NCBI GenBank assembly: GCA_963704165.1
Contig: CAVPHD010000001.1
Location: 512,001 to 576,000, forward strand
Direction of reading: 5' to 3'
Source: an uncultured delta proteobacterium
GTDB lineage: Bacteria > Myxococcota_A > UBA9160 > SZUA-336
DNA length: 64,000 nucleotides
How positions within the stretch are numbered: the stretch's first letter is position 1; each line of letters opens with the position of its first letter. Shown here piece by piece: positions 50,029-62,605 of the stretch. The notes under the pieces are model-generated. The model was not told the DNA's origin and searched no databases. It saw only the letters and a program-made list of their open reading frames with translations. The position numbers and the translations under genes were made by a program.

Positions 50029-50984
50029 TACGAATCGCGCATCAAGCGCTTGCCATCGCCATTCCGAATCGCCAGCACCGTTCGATCGCCGTCGTCCATC
50101 TTGCGAGCGTTGTAGCGGAACTCGAACTCTGCCACGTAGCGATGCAGGTGCTTCGGCGAGACGTGGTGGAACGTTCCGTAGATCCCTCGCTTCAGCAGCG
50201 AGAAGAAGCCCTCGACGGTGTTGGTCGTTACGTCGCCGCGGGCGTACTCGTAGAGGCTGTGCTTCACCGCGTGATGGCCTCCCGCGAAGTGCTTGTTGAG
50301 CCCGCGATATGGATGCGCCTCGTCGGTCATGATGCGCGCGCTAGGGTCAACGTGCTGGCGGACCTTGGCCTTCAGGTTCTGACCCGGACCCTTCGGGACG
50401 TGTGAAGCGCGTGCATTGCCACCGCGCTCGACCATCGCGAACACGGTCTCCTTGGGCGTGCGCTTGTTCTTGCCGTGGAGGCGCTGGTTGCGCATTCGAG
50501 TCCGGCCACCGACGTAGGTCTCATCAACCTCGACGGTGCCCTGGAGCTGCGGTGGCGTGGAGTGGTCTTCGGCCATCGCGAACCGGATGCGGTGCATCAT
50601 GAAGAGCGCGCTCTTGTATGTGAGCCCGGTCTCCCGCTTGATCTGGAGCGCCGAGACGCCTTTCTTCGACGAGCACGCGCGCCAGAAGGCATGGCACCAG
50701 ATGCGCATCGGGATCGGGCTGTCCTCGAAGATCGTACCGACCCGGACGGTGAACTGGCGCTTGCAGCCCTTGCAGCGCCACAGGAAACGCTTGCTGCGCT
50801 CGCCGGTGGTGCGATCCTTCATCGCGTACACGTTCACGTCACCACAGCGCGGGCAGGCGGGCTCGCCGCCCCACCGCTGGGCTTCTATGAACTCGACCGC
50901 AACGCTTTCGTCGCGACACGCCTCTGGGAGTTGGGCGATGATCGAGTCCTTGTCCTGCCCGACCTTGCGTTGTCGTTGTGCCAT
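50025..50984 (-). CDS. IS1595-family transposase
   Basis: N-terminal zinc ribbon (CPRC...CKGC), HTH (GVSALQIKRE), VEVDETYVGG, IMTDE, NTVEGFFSLLKR, HLHRYVAEFEFRYN. Confidence 0.95.
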   Translation of the reverse strand: MAQRQRKVGQDKDSIIAQLPEACRDESVAVEFIEAQRWGGEPACPRCGDVNVYAMKDRTTGERSKRFLWRCKGCKRQFTVRVGTIFEDSPIPMRIWCHAFWRACSSKKGVSALQIKRETGLTYKSALFMMHRIRFAMAEDHSTPPQLQGTVEVDETYVGGRTRMRNQRLHGKNKRTPKETVFAMVERGGNARASHVPKGPGQNLKAKVRQHVDPSARIMTDEAHPYRGLNKHFAGGHHAVKHSLYEYARGDVTTNTVEGFFSLLKRGIYGTFHHVSPKHLHRYVAEFEFRYNARKMDDGDRTVLAIRNGDGKRLMRDSY

Positions 50985-50990
50985 GCCCGT

Positions 50991-51019
50991 AGACTAGAGG
51001 AATCAACGGTTTGCGTCAA
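50991..51019 (-). promoter_or_regulatory. Sigma70-type transposase promoter overlapping the right TIR
   Basis: Minus strand TTGACG-N17-TAGTCT, then 6 nt to the ATG. Confidence 0.7.
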
Positions 51020-52195
51020 GTATCTAATTGCCGAAGTTCTCGGCTCGACGCCGAGCTCGCGATCGAGCTCGGCACCCTGCGCGAGAGGAGCCTGTACAGG
51101 CGTCTCCGGCGCATCGAGGGACGACAGGCGCCGCGCATGCGCGTCGACGGCCGCGAGTGCACGATGCTCGCCGGATCGAACTACCTCGACCTCGCGGGTG
51201 ACGCGCGCGTGATTGCCGCCGCGCAGAGCGCAGCGGACGAGTACGGCACCGCCGCGGCGGGATCGCGGCTGATCAACGGAAACCTCGCGCTCCACGAGGA
51301 GCTCGAGGCCGATCTCGCGCGCTTCACCGGCCACGAGGCCGCGCTCGTCTTCAGCAGCGGGTACATGGCGAATCTCGGGGTGCTCGGCGCGCTCTGTGGA
51401 CCCGACGACGTGATCGTCTCGGACTCGTTGAACCACGCGAGCATCATCGACGCCTGCAGACTCTCGCGCGCACAGACGCGCGTGTTCCGCCACAACGACC
51501 CCGCGGATCTCGCGCGTGTCGCCGCGGAGCTCGCCGGCTACCGGCGTCGGGTGCTGGTCGTCGATGGCGTCTACAGCATGGATGGCGACAGGTCGCGGCT
51601 CTCCGAGCTCGTGCCGATCGCGCGAGCTCACGAGATGATCGTCGTGCTCGACGACGCGCACGGTCTCGGCGTGCTCGGCGCGACGGGCCGCGGCGTATCC
51701 GAGGCCGAAGGCGTCGCGGTCGACCTCTCGATCGGGAATCTCGGCAAGGCACTCGGCAGCTTCGGCGCGTTCGTCGCCTGCTCGGCGCGCGTGCGCGAGT
51801 ACCTGGTGAACACCTCGCGCAGCTTCATCTTCACCTGTGCGGTCGCGCCGCCCGCGCTCGGCGCGGCACGCGAGGCGCTGCGGATCGCGCAAGGGGAACC
51901 GGAACGCCGAAAGCTCCTGCTCGAGCGCGCGGAGCAGCTCCGCGTCGGCCTGCGTACGGCCGGCTACGACACGGGCGCGAGCACGACGCAGATCGTTCCG
52001 GCGATCGTCGGCGAGAACGACGCGGTAATGCGACTGACCGAAGCCGCGCTCGAGCGCGGCGTCTACGCGCAGGGCATCCGCCACCCGTCCGTGCCGCACG
52101 GCACGGCCCGGATCCGCTTCACGCCCACCTGCGCGCACACGGCCTCGGACATTGTCCGGGTGGTCGAGATCTTCGCGGAGCTTCGCGACTCGTGA
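51011..52195 (+). CDS. bioF: 8-amino-7-oxononanoate synthase (5' end interrupted by the IS)
   Basis: GSNYL, GSRLING, SGYMAN, NHASIID, YSMDGD, DDAHG, LGKALG. Confidence 0.92.
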   Translation: MRQVSNCRSSRLDAELAIELGTLRERSLYRRLRRIEGRQAPRMRVDGRECTMLAGSNYLDLAGDARVIAAAQSAADEYGTAAAGSRLINGNLALHEELEADLARFTGHEAALVFSSGYMANLGVLGALCGPDDVIVSDSLNHASIIDACRLSRAQTRVFRHNDPADLARVAAELAGYRRRVLVVDGVYSMDGDRSRLSELVPIARAHEMIVVLDDAHGLGVLGATGRGVSEAEGVAVDLSIGNLGKALGSFGAFVACSARVREYLVNTSRSFIFTCAVAPPALGAAREALRIAQGEPERRKLLLERAEQLRVGLRTAGYDTGASTTQIVPAIVGENDAVMRLTEAALERGVYAQGIRHPSVPHGTARIRFTPTCAHTASDIVRVVEIFAELRDS

Positions 52196-52211
52196 GCGAG
52201 CGGCGGAGGCG

Positions 52212-53570
52212 ATGAGCCGAACGCGCGAGCTTCGCGAGCGCGACCAGCGCGCGCTCTGGCACCCGTTCACCCAGATGAGTGACTGGATGGATGGGCACCC
52301 CATCGTGATCGATCGCGGCGAAGGCAACTACCTGATCGACACCGAAGGAAACCGGTACCTCGACGGCGTCTCCTCGCTCTGGGTGAACCTGCACGGTCAC
52401 GATCACCCGACCCTGCGCGCTCGGATTCACGAACAGCTCGACAAGCTCGCTCACTCGACGCTGCTCGGATTGGCGGGAACGCCCTCGATCGAGCTGGCCG
52501 AGAAGCTCGTCGCCGTGGCGCCGCCTGGGCTCACGCGCGTCTTCTACAGCGACAACGGCTCGACCGCCGTCGAGGTCGCGCTGAAGATCGCCTTCCAGTA
52601 CTGGCAGCAGAAGAGCGAAGCGACGCGAGTCCGCACGCGCTTCGTCGCGCTGCGCGACGCGTACCACGGCGACACGCTCGGAGCCGTCGCGGTGGGGGGA
52701 ATCGAGCGCTTCCACGAGGCGTTCCGTCCGCTCGTCTTCGACGTGCTCCGCGCGCAGAACGCGTACTGCTACCGCTGCCCGTACGGTCTCGAGCAGAAGA
52801 CGTGCGGGATCCACTGCCTGGAATCGCTCGAGAGCGTTCTGGAGGAGCACGGCCACGAGGTTGCGGGCGTCGTCGTCGAGCCGCTGCTTCAGGCCGCAGC
52901 GGGAATGCTGCTGCTGCCCGACGGCTGGCTTCGGCGCGTGCGGGAACTCTGCGATCGACATGGGACGCTCTTGATCGTGGACGAGGTCGCGACGGGCTTC
53001 GGCCGCACCGGGACGATGTTCGCGTGCGAACACGAGAATGTGTCACCGGACCTGATGGCGATCGCGAAGGGCATGACCGGGGGCTATCTGCCGCTCGCCG
53101 CGACGCTCGCGACCGAGGAGATCTTCGCGGCGTTCCTCGCACCGACGCACGCCTCGCGCCAGTTCTTCCACGGCCACTCGTACTCGGGGAATGCGCTCGG
53201 TTGCGCCGCGGCGCTCGCCAATCTCGAGATCTTCGAGAAAGAGGACGTGCTCGGCCGCGTCGCGCGAACCAGCGAGCGTCTGGGCTCGAAGCTCGAGGAG
53301 CTGCGTGCGAGCGCCTGCGTGGGCGACATCCGCCGTCGCGGGTTGATCGCCGGCATCGAGCTGGTTCGCGATCGCGAGACGCGCGAGCCGTTCGATCCGC
53401 GCGACCGCGTCGGGCATCTGGTCTGCACCGCGATGCGCAAGCACGGCATCATCCTCCGGCCGCTCGGTGACACGGTGGTGGTGATGCCACCGCTTTCGAT
53501 CCGCGACACCGAGATCGATGCGATCGTCGATGCGCTCGCGCTCTGCATCCGCGAGGTGACCGGCGCGTGA
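52212..53570 (+). CDS. bioA: Adenosylmethionine-8-amino-7-oxononanoate aminotransferase
   Basis: LWHPFTQM, SSLWVNLHGH, NGSTAVEVALK, YHGDTLG, DEVATGFGRTG, KGMTGGYLP. Confidence 0.95.
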   Translation: MSRTRELRERDQRALWHPFTQMSDWMDGHPIVIDRGEGNYLIDTEGNRYLDGVSSLWVNLHGHDHPTLRARIHEQLDKLAHSTLLGLAGTPSIELAEKLVAVAPPGLTRVFYSDNGSTAVEVALKIAFQYWQQKSEATRVRTRFVALRDAYHGDTLGAVAVGGIERFHEAFRPLVFDVLRAQNAYCYRCPYGLEQKTCGIHCLESLESVLEEHGHEVAGVVVEPLLQAAAGMLLLPDGWLRRVRELCDRHGTLLIVDEVATGFGRTGTMFACEHENVSPDLMAIAKGMTGGYLPLAATLATEEIFAAFLAPTHASRQFFHGHSYSGNALGCAAALANLEIFEKEDVLGRVARTSERLGSKLEELRASACVGDIRRRGLIAGIELVRDRETREPFDPRDRVGHLVCTAMRKHGIILRPLGDTVVVMPPLSIRDTEIDAIVDALALCIREVTGA

Positions 53571-54238
53571 GCGCCGTCTTCGTCACCGGCACCGACACGG
53601 GATGCGGAAAGACGACCTTCGCGTGCGCGCTCGCGCGCAGCGTTCGCCGCCAGGGAAGACGCGTTCGCGTGCTGAAGCCGATCGAGACGGGCTGTCTGAA
53701 CGGCGTGCCCGCCGACGCGCTCGCGCTGGCCGAGGCGGCGGGCGACGACCGGCCCGTCGAGCAGCTCTGTCCACATCGCTTCGCGCTTCCGGCCGCGCCC
53801 GAGATCGCCGCGAGGACCGAGGGCGTGACGATCGACCTGGAAGCCATCGAGGCTGCGCTCGCGCGTGCGCGTGCCGACGCCGACCTCGTGATCGTCGAGG
53901 GCGCGGGCGGACTGCTCGTTCCGATCACGGACAGGCTCGACATGGCCGGGCTCGCCGGCCAGCTGCGGCTTCCGCTGCTGATCGTCGCGCGCGCGGCGCT
54001 CGGCACGATCAACCACACACGGCTCTCGATCGAGGCCGCACGTGCGCGCGACTTGCCGGTTCTCGGGGTCATGATCAATCACACCACCGCGGATCTGTCC
54101 GCGGCCGATCGCCGGAACCTCGACCTCTTGATCGAGCGTCTTTCGGTTCCGCTCCTCGGCGAGCTGGCCTTCGGCGCGCGTGAGCTGCCCGCGGGCTTCG
54201 ACGTGGCGGCGTTCCTGGCTTCCGCCGGCAACTCCTGA
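53567..54238 (+). CDS. bioD: Dethiobiotin synthetase
   Basis: VTGTDTGCGKT, KPIETG, VEGAGG, LGTINHT. Confidence 0.95.
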   Translation: MSAVFVTGTDTGCGKTTFACALARSVRRQGRRVRVLKPIETGCLNGVPADALALAEAAGDDRPVEQLCPHRFALPAAPEIAARTEGVTIDLEAIEAALARARADADLVIVEGAGGLLVPITDRLDMAGLAGQLRLPLLIVARAALGTINHTRLSIEAARARDLPVLGVMINHTTADLSAADRRNLDLLIERLSVPLLGELAFGARELPAGFDVAAFLASAGNS

Positions 54239-54274
54239 CTCAAGTCGCATCCGTCTCTGGCCGAAATCTGCTCG

Positions 54275-54871
54275 ATGGCGCGCGGCCAGCAAGATCCCGT
54301 CGACGAAGAGCTCGACGAGCTCGACCAGGGCCTGAAGCGCCTGCGGGTGGAGTACGACCAGTACTTCCTCGGGATCCTGCGGCGCCCACCCGAAGTTCTT
54401 CAGGGGCGGATGCAGAAGATCATCGTCAAGTACGCAAATCAGATCCTTCGCAAGACGCACCAGAAGTTCCGCTTCAACCAGCTGAACTCGAAGTTCCAGA
54501 TCTACCGCCAGCAGTGGGGCCGCACGATCCGACAGATCGAGTCGGGGACGTATCGCGGCCACCGCTTCAAGGCGAAACTCCACGAACGCGAGCGGGGACT
54601 GGTCAAGACGGTGAGCGACGCTCCGACGCCCGAGGCCGAGACCCCGAAGCCCGCCAAGGCGGCGCCGATGGACCAGCTCTACGATGCGCTGATCGCGGCG
54701 CGAAAGCGCGCGGGCGAGTCCGGTCCCGATCCCGATCGCTCGAAGGTATCCGAGCTCGTGCGGAAGCAGACCGCCGCCCTGCGCGAGAAGCACCCGGGCG
54801 CGAAGGTGCGCTTCCGCGTCGCCGTGGACGGAGCGCGCGCCAAGCTCGTCGCGTCGATCGTCAAGGACTGA
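54275..54871 (+). CDS. MXAN_5187 C-terminal-domain-like protein
   Basis: LRVEYDQYFLG...KFRFNQL...W..RQIESG N-terminal helical domain and C-terminal VRFRVAVDG..KL, recognised from myxobacterial proteins. Confidence 0.65.
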   Translation: MARGQQDPVDEELDELDQGLKRLRVEYDQYFLGILRRPPEVLQGRMQKIIVKYANQILRKTHQKFRFNQLNSKFQIYRQQWGRTIRQIESGTYRGHRFKAKLHERERGLVKTVSDAPTPEAETPKPAKAAPMDQLYDALIAARKRAGESGPDPDRSKVSELVRKQTAALREKHPGAKVRFRVAVDGARAKLVASIVKD

Positions 54872-54899
54872 GCCGAGCCTTGCGCTAATCTGAGCCGCC

Positions 54900-56000
54900 G
54901 TGGCGAAGATTCCGATGGTCGATCTCAGCGCGCAGACGGAGGCGCTCTTCCCCGAGCTCGAGCGGGCGGTGCTCGGCGTGCTGCGCTCCGGGCGTTTCAT
55001 ACTCGGACCGAACGTCGAGGCCTTCGAGCGCGAGGCGGCTGCGTTCCTGCGCGTCCGCTTCGCGATCGGTGTCGGCTCGGGAACCGACGCGCTGGTCGTG
55101 GGATTGCGCGCGCTCGGGATCGGGCCAGGTGACGAGGTGATCGTTCCCTCGTTCACGTTCTTCGCGACCGCCGAAGCCGTGAGCCTGGTCGGCGCGACGC
55201 CGATCTTCGCCGAGATCGATCCGACGAGCTTCTGTCTCGACCCGATCGCCGTGCGTGCCGCGCTCGCTCCCCGCACGCGCGCGGTCATCCCGGTGCACCT
55301 GTTCGGGCACGCCGCGGACGTGCCCGCGCTGCGCGAGATCGTGAAGGGCAGGAAGATCGCAATTCTCGAAGACGCCGCGCAGGCCTTCGGCGCCGATCTC
55401 GGCGGCCAACGGATCGGCGGGCTCGGGGACGCCGCCGCGTTCTCCTTCTTTCCGTCGAAGAACCTCGGGGCGTTTGGCGAGGCCGGTCTAATCGCGACCA
55501 ACGACGAGCGTGTCGCCGACTCGGTGCGCAGTCTGCGCGCGCACGGATCCCGCCAGCGCTACGTGAATACGGAGATCGGGTACAACGCCCGCCTCGACGA
55601 GATCCAGGCCGCGCTCCTGCGCGTGAAGCTGCCCCACGTCGAGAGCTGGAACGTCGAGCGCCGACGCGTGGCGGCCGAGTACACCGCGAACCTCGATGGC
55701 CTGGAAGGTGTGACACCCCCGAGTGTCGCCAGCGGCAGCACCCACGTCTTCCACCAGTACACGCTGCGCATCTCGGGCGGCCGCCGCGACGCGGTCGCGC
55801 GCGCGCTCGAGGCCGCCGGGATCGCGACTCAGGTCTACTACCCGATTCCGATCCACCAGCTTCCGGTGTATGCGGATCGCAAGGTCTCGCTGCCGATCAC
55901 CGAAACCGCGGCGAGCGAGGTCCTGTCGCTGCCGATCTTTCCCGAGCTCTCCAGTGCGGACGCGCGGGAGATCGCCCGAAGGGTGCGCGAAGCGCTCTAG
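54900..56000 (+). CDS. DegT/DnrJ/EryC1/StrS PLP-dependent sugar aminotransferase
   Basis: SGTDAL, VHLFG, EDAAQA, SFFPSKNLG, GYNARLDEIQA. Confidence 0.92.
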   Translation: MAKIPMVDLSAQTEALFPELERAVLGVLRSGRFILGPNVEAFEREAAAFLRVRFAIGVGSGTDALVVGLRALGIGPGDEVIVPSFTFFATAEAVSLVGATPIFAEIDPTSFCLDPIAVRAALAPRTRAVIPVHLFGHAADVPALREIVKGRKIAILEDAAQAFGADLGGQRIGGLGDAAAFSFFPSKNLGAFGEAGLIATNDERVADSVRSLRAHGSRQRYVNTEIGYNARLDEIQAALLRVKLPHVESWNVERRRVAAEYTANLDGLEGVTPPSVASGSTHVFHQYTLRISGGRRDAVARALEAAGIATQVYYPIPIHQLPVYADRKVSLPITETAASEVLSLPIFPELSSADAREIARRVREAL

Positions 56001-56134
56001 ACGCGCACCGCCACCGCAGCAGCCGAAGTCACCCCGGCCGACAGCGTCGATCCGCACGATCGGGATGGGAGAAGCGCGGTTCGCGGCTCTTTCCGATCGA
56101 CGCCGTATCGGTCGTGATCGAATGGAAGGCCGCG

Positions 56135-56539
56135 CTAGCCCTTCAACGCGTCCACGCGCGCCTGCGCGCAGTCCACCGCGTCGCGCAGCTTCTCGACCTG
56201 CTCGGGCGGAGCGGAGGAGCCGACCGCGTCGAGCGCCTCGACGGCCTCGGCGCGTCTGCGGTCGGCCTCGGCCGCGTCGATCTGCTCGGAGAGCTCGGCG
56301 ATGGGCGCGAGCACGGTTACACGCTCCTGCGTCACCTCGGCGAAGCCACCGGCGATCGCCGCTCGGCGCCCGCGACCCGACTCGACCCAGCGCACGACGC
56401 CCGCCTTCAGCTCGACGAGCACCGCCGCGTGGCCCGGAAGCACTCCGAACTCCCCGTCGCTTCCGGGCGCGACCACCTGCTCGACGTCCGCGTCGACGAG
56501 CGGACGAGCCGGGGTGACGATCGAGAACCGAAGCGGCAC
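56135..56539 (-). CDS. atpC: ATP synthase epsilon subunit
   Basis: IVTP, GEFGVLPGHA, GGFAEV. Confidence 0.93.
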   Translation of the reverse strand: MPLRFSIVTPARPLVDADVEQVVAPGSDGEFGVLPGHAAVLVELKAGVVRWVESGRGRRAAIAGGFAEVTQERVTVLAPIAELSEQIDAAEADRRRAEAVEALDAVGSSAPPEQVEKLRDAVDCAQARVDALKG

Positions 56540-56542
56540 GGA

Positions 56543-58830
<2,288 letters not shown>

Positions 58831-58836
58831 GGTCGA

Positions 58837-60378
58837 TTACGCTTGCGCGCTGCTCGGCTGGAAGGTCTTGCCGAACGCGGCGAGTGCCTCGTCGAGCTTC
58901 GGGCGGGTCTGATCCGACAGAGCGCCACTCGACTTGATCTCGGCCAGGATCTCCGGATGGCGCTGTTGCAGGAACGCCGTCATCTCGTCCGCGTAGCGCG
59001 GGATGTCCTCGGTCGGGTAGTTGCGCACGAAGGACGCGCCACCGTCGGCGCGCGGGGTCGCGGAGTAGATCTGAACGACCTGCTCCTCGACCGGAAGCGG
59101 CACGTACTGTCCCTGGCGGAGCATCATCGTCAGACGCTGACCGTTCGCGAGCTGCTCCTGTGTCGCGCGATCGAGGTCGCTGCCGAACTGCGCGAAGGCC
59201 TCGACCTCACGGTACTGCGCGAGCGTCGTGCGCAGGGTGCCGGCGACCGCCTTCATCGCCTTCACCTGCGCGCTCGAGCCGACGCGCGAGACGGAGATGC
59301 CGGCGTTCATCGCCGGCCGCTGGCCGGAGTTGAACAGGCCGGTCTCGAGGAAGATCTGGCCATCGGTGATCGAGATGACGTTGGTCGGGATGTAGTCGGA
59401 GACGTCGTTCGCCTGCGTCTCGATGATCGGCAGCGCGGTGAGGCTGCCGCTTCCCTGATCGGCGCTCATCTTCGCCGCTCGCTCGAGCAGGCGCGAATGC
59501 AGGTAGAAGACGTCACCGGGATAGGCCTGCCGTCCCGGTGGACGGCGGAGGAGGAGCGAGAGCTGCCGGTACGCGGTCGCGTGCTTCGAGAGATCGTCGT
59601 AGATGATCACCGCGTGCTTGCCGTTGTCGCGGAACCACTCGCCCATCGTGCAGCCCGTGTAGGGCGCGATGTACTGGAGCGGCGCTGGATCCGCGGCTCC
59701 GGCGGCGACGACGATCGTGTAGTCCATCGCTCCCTGCTCGGTCAGCTTCTGGACGACCTGCGCGACGGTGGACTGCTTCTGACCGATCGCGACGTAGATG
59801 CAGAAGACGTCGGTGTTCTTCTGATTGATGATCGTGTCGAGAGCGATCGCCGTCTTGCCCGTCTGCCGGTCGCCGATGATCAGCTCGCGCTGCCCGCGTC
59901 CGATCGGCGTCATGGCGTCGATGCACTTCAAACCGGTCTGAAGCGGCTCCTTCACGGGCTGCCGCTTGACGATGCCGGGCGCCTTGATCTCGACGAGCCG
60001 CGACTCGGTCGACTTGATCTCGCCCTTGCCGTCGATGGGCTCGCCGAGCGCGTTCACTACCCGGCCGCACAACATCTCGCCGACGGGAACCTGCATGATC
60101 TCGCCGAGGCGCTTGACGAGATGGCCTTCGCGGATGTGGCTACCCGTGCCCATCAGCGCGATGCCGACGTTGTCGTCCTCGAGATTCAGCACCAGTCCAC
60201 GCACTCCGCCAGCGAACTCGACGAGCTCACCGGCCATGGCATTGGCGAGTCCGTAGACCCGCGCGATTCCGTCGCCGACCGAGAGAACGGTGCCGGTTTC
60301 GGCGATGTCGACCTCGCGGTCGTAGTCGCGGATCTGCCGCCGGATGATCTCGCTGATCTCCGCTGCCTTGATCTTCAT
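58837..60378 (-). CDS. atpA: ATP synthase alpha subunit
   Basis: [31 protein letters not shown]. Confidence 0.97.
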   Translation of the reverse strand: MKIKAAEISEIIRRQIRDYDREVDIAETGTVLSVGDGIARVYGLANAMAGELVEFAGGVRGLVLNLEDDNVGIALMGTGSHIREGHLVKRLGEIMQVPVGEMLCGRVVNALGEPIDGKGEIKSTESRLVEIKAPGIVKRQPVKEPLQTGLKCIDAMTPIGRGQRELIIGDRQTGKTAIALDTIINQKNTDVFCIYVAIGQKQSTVAQVVQKLTEQGAMDYTIVVAAGAADPAPLQYIAPYTGCTMGEWFRDNGKHAVIIYDDLSKHATAYRQLSLLLRRPPGRQAYPGDVFYLHSRLLERAAKMSADQGSGSLTALPIIETQANDVSDYIPTNVISITDGQIFLETGLFNSGQRPAMNAGISVSRVGSSAQVKAMKAVAGTLRTTLAQYREVEAFAQFGSDLDRATQEQLANGQRLTMMLRQGQYVPLPVEEQVVQIYSATPRADGGASFVRNYPTEDIPRYADEMTAFLQQRHPEILAEIKSSGALSDQTRPKLDEALAAFGKTFQPSSAQA

Positions 60379-60929
60379 GTCGCGGGCCCCTTCCTGAGAT
60401 TTGCGCCGAGGTTCTCGAGCTGAGTGCGGATGCTTCCGTCGAGCAGCAGGTCGCCGATGCGCGCGACGATGCCACCGATCAGTGTCGGATCGATCGCGAC
60501 CGCGAGCGTCACGTTCGCGTTCACTCGCCGGGAGATCGCCTGTTGAATCTGCTGCTGGACGTCGGGTGCGAGCGGACGGGCGCTGACGATGTGCGCCTCC
60601 ATCCGACCGGCTTCCGCGTCGACGAGAGCGCGGAGCTCGTCGCGAATGTCGATGAGCAGCGCAGTCCGGTTCTGATCGACGAGGAGCGCGCTGAACGTGC
60701 GCACCTCGGGGGAAATCGCGAGACGCTCCGAGAGTTCGCGGATCAGCGCCTTCCGCTCGGTTCGCGGATAGATCGGTGTGAAGAGCGCCCGCTCGAGCTC
60801 GGAGTTCGCCGAGATCTCCTCGGCGAGCGTGTCGAGTTCCGCGAAGAGGCGGGCACGCGCGGGCGCATCCTCGCCGAGCGCGAAGAGGGCGCGCGCATAG
60901 CGGCGCGCGATCTCACTTCCGCCGATCAA
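60375..60929 (-). CDS. atpH: ATP synthase delta subunit
   Basis: [28 protein letters not shown] start overlapping the atpF stop. Confidence 0.92.
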   Translation of the reverse strand: MIGGSEIARRYARALFALGEDAPARARLFAELDTLAEEISANSELERALFTPIYPRTERKALIRELSERLAISPEVRTFSALLVDQNRTALLIDIRDELRALVDAEAGRMEAHIVSARPLAPDVQQQIQQAISRRVNANVTLAVAIDPTLIGGIVARIGDLLLDGSIRTQLENLGANLRKGPAT

Positions 60930-61501
60930 GTTCGCCTCCCGATCTGCTCGACGAATTCGCTGACCAGGCGGCGATCGTCGTCCGGAGTCACGCTCTGACG
61001 GATGATCTCCGCCGCGAGATTCGTGGCGAGCTGCGCGGCTTCTTCCTGGAGCTCGCGCCGCGCACGCAGGATCTCCTGATCCGCCGCGCGCCGGGCCTCC
61101 TGGCGGATTCGCTCGGCGGCCTGATTCGCCCGCTCCAAGGCGAGCACTCGCTCCGCCTCGGCCTGCTCGCAAGCCGCGCGGACGAACTCGGCGTTCTCCT
61201 CGTTGGCGCGCGCGAGGCGCGCATTGAGCTCCGCGGTCTCGGCACGGGCGGCAGCCAGGGCCTGCTCGGCGCCTTCGATCCGCCGGCGAATTCCGTCGCT
61301 TCGATCGAGCAGGAAGTTCTTGAGCGGCTCGCGCGCGAAGTAGACGATCACGCCGATCAGGATTCCGAGGCCGAGCGCGTGAAAGAAGAAGTAGCCCCAG
61401 TCGAGCCCGGTTTCACCGTGTTCTGCCGAGGCCGCTGCGGCGATCTCGGGTAGCGTCGCGAGCGCGACGAGTGCGATTCCGAGGACCGACGCACGCCGCA
61501 T
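60926..61501 (-). CDS. atpF: ATP synthase b subunit
   Basis: TM helix followed by a long charged coiled coil; operon position. Confidence 0.88.
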   Translation of the reverse strand: MRRASVLGIALVALATLPEIAAAASAEHGETGLDWGYFFFHALGLGILIGVIVYFAREPLKNFLLDRSDGIRRRIEGAEQALAAARAETAELNARLARANEENAEFVRAACEQAEAERVLALERANQAAERIRQEARRAADQEILRARRELQEEAAQLATNLAAEIIRQSVTPDDDRRLVSEFVEQIGRRT

Positions 61502-62017
61502 CAGAGCGCCCTTCCCAGGATTCGCGTGGCGACCTCGCGCGCGAGCGTCCGTGCATCCGTCGCCAGGCCCGTCCGGGCTTCAGCAAGTTCCGAGACGGAC
61601 GGACTGGCGCACGCCCTCGATGATTCCGGTGGCTTCGGCGCGCACGGCGTCGAGCACGGCGCGCTCCTGGATTTCGCCGTCGGCGAGGATCGCGGTGCGG
61701 CGCATCTGCGAGGTCGCGCGCGCTTCCGCGAGTTGCTCCTCGAGTGCCGAACGCGCTGCGCGCGCCTCGTCGCCGAGCTGCTGCGATTGCGCGAGAGCCC
61801 CCGAGGTTCGCGACTCGCGCTCGTCGAGGATTCGCATCAACGGCCGAACGAGGAGGCGGTTCACCGGATAGATCAGCAGGAGGAACAGGGCGATGTTCGT
61901 CGCGACGATGGTCGCGTCGGGGATCAGGTTGAGTCCGGCCGCCGCCGCGGAGGCGGGCATGGCCATCCCGGCCAGAATCGCGATCGGCCGGAGCCAGGAG
62001 GTCGCCTCGGAACGCAC
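61501..62017 (-). CDS. ATP synthase b' subunit (frameshift near 61590)
   Basis: PDAT...LLVRPLMRILDERE; C-terminus EVATRILGRAL* in another frame, stop overlapping the atpF start. Confidence 0.8.
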
Positions 62018-62245
62018 GGTGATCCCCTCTCTCTATCGCAGGTCCCTCACCGCGGACCGTAGACGCTGACGACAGTCCCGAGGCCACGATGACTCGCGCC
62101 GCCGCACGTGGGTTGCGCGCGAGGGCAGAGCCCCGGCGGGACACGAGCCCGCCTCGGCGGCCGGCAGTATGGCAAAGGACGCTTCCAAGTCAATCAGCGC
62201 CACTGCCACATTTCGCTGCCCCGAGGCGGGCTCGCGGCCCGTCGC

Positions 62246-62605
62246 TCAGCGTCGAGGCGCTTGGGTCGGCTCGGAGTGCGCGGACTCGCCCATTTCGATG
62301 CGCGCCGTCACCCGCGCGCCGTCGTCGATTCGGATTCGCGGCGTTCGGACCGTGCCGTCCAATCGGCCCTGGGGCCCGATCTCGACACGCTCTTTCGCGG
62401 TCACCTCGCCGACGACGGAGCCGCGAACCACCAAGCTGCGCACCTCGAGCTTGGCGTCGATCGTCCCGGTCTCGCCAACGATGAGTGTTCCGTCCGCGCT
62501 CGCCGTTCCCTTGAAGTGTCCGTCAATCCGAACGGAGCCCGTGAACGAGATCTTGCCCTCGAAGGACGTACCGCTGTCGAGAAATGTCTGGAGCCCGTCT
62601 TTCAT
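62246..62605 (-). CDS. Bactofilin (polymer-forming cytoskeletal protein)
   Basis: FEGKISFTGSVRIDGHFKG...GSVVGEV...GRLDGTV beta-helix repeats. Confidence 0.9.
   Translation of the reverse strand: MKDGLQTFLDSGTSFEGKISFTGSVRIDGHFKGTASADGTLIVGETGTIDAKLEVRSLVVRGSVVGEVTAKERVEIGPQGRLDGTVRTPRIRIDDGARVTARIEMGESAHSEPTQAPRR

Larger units (their letters stand above)
47469..51032 (-). mobile_element. IS1595-family transposon with passenger genes (3564 bp)
   Basis: Left TIR CGGAATTAGGTACTTGACGCAA (47469-47490) vs reverse complement of the right TIR GGCAATTAGATACTTGACGCAA (51011-51032), 19/22 identical; 8-bp TSD; DDE transposase; visibly more AT-rich than the flanks. Confidence 0.92.
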
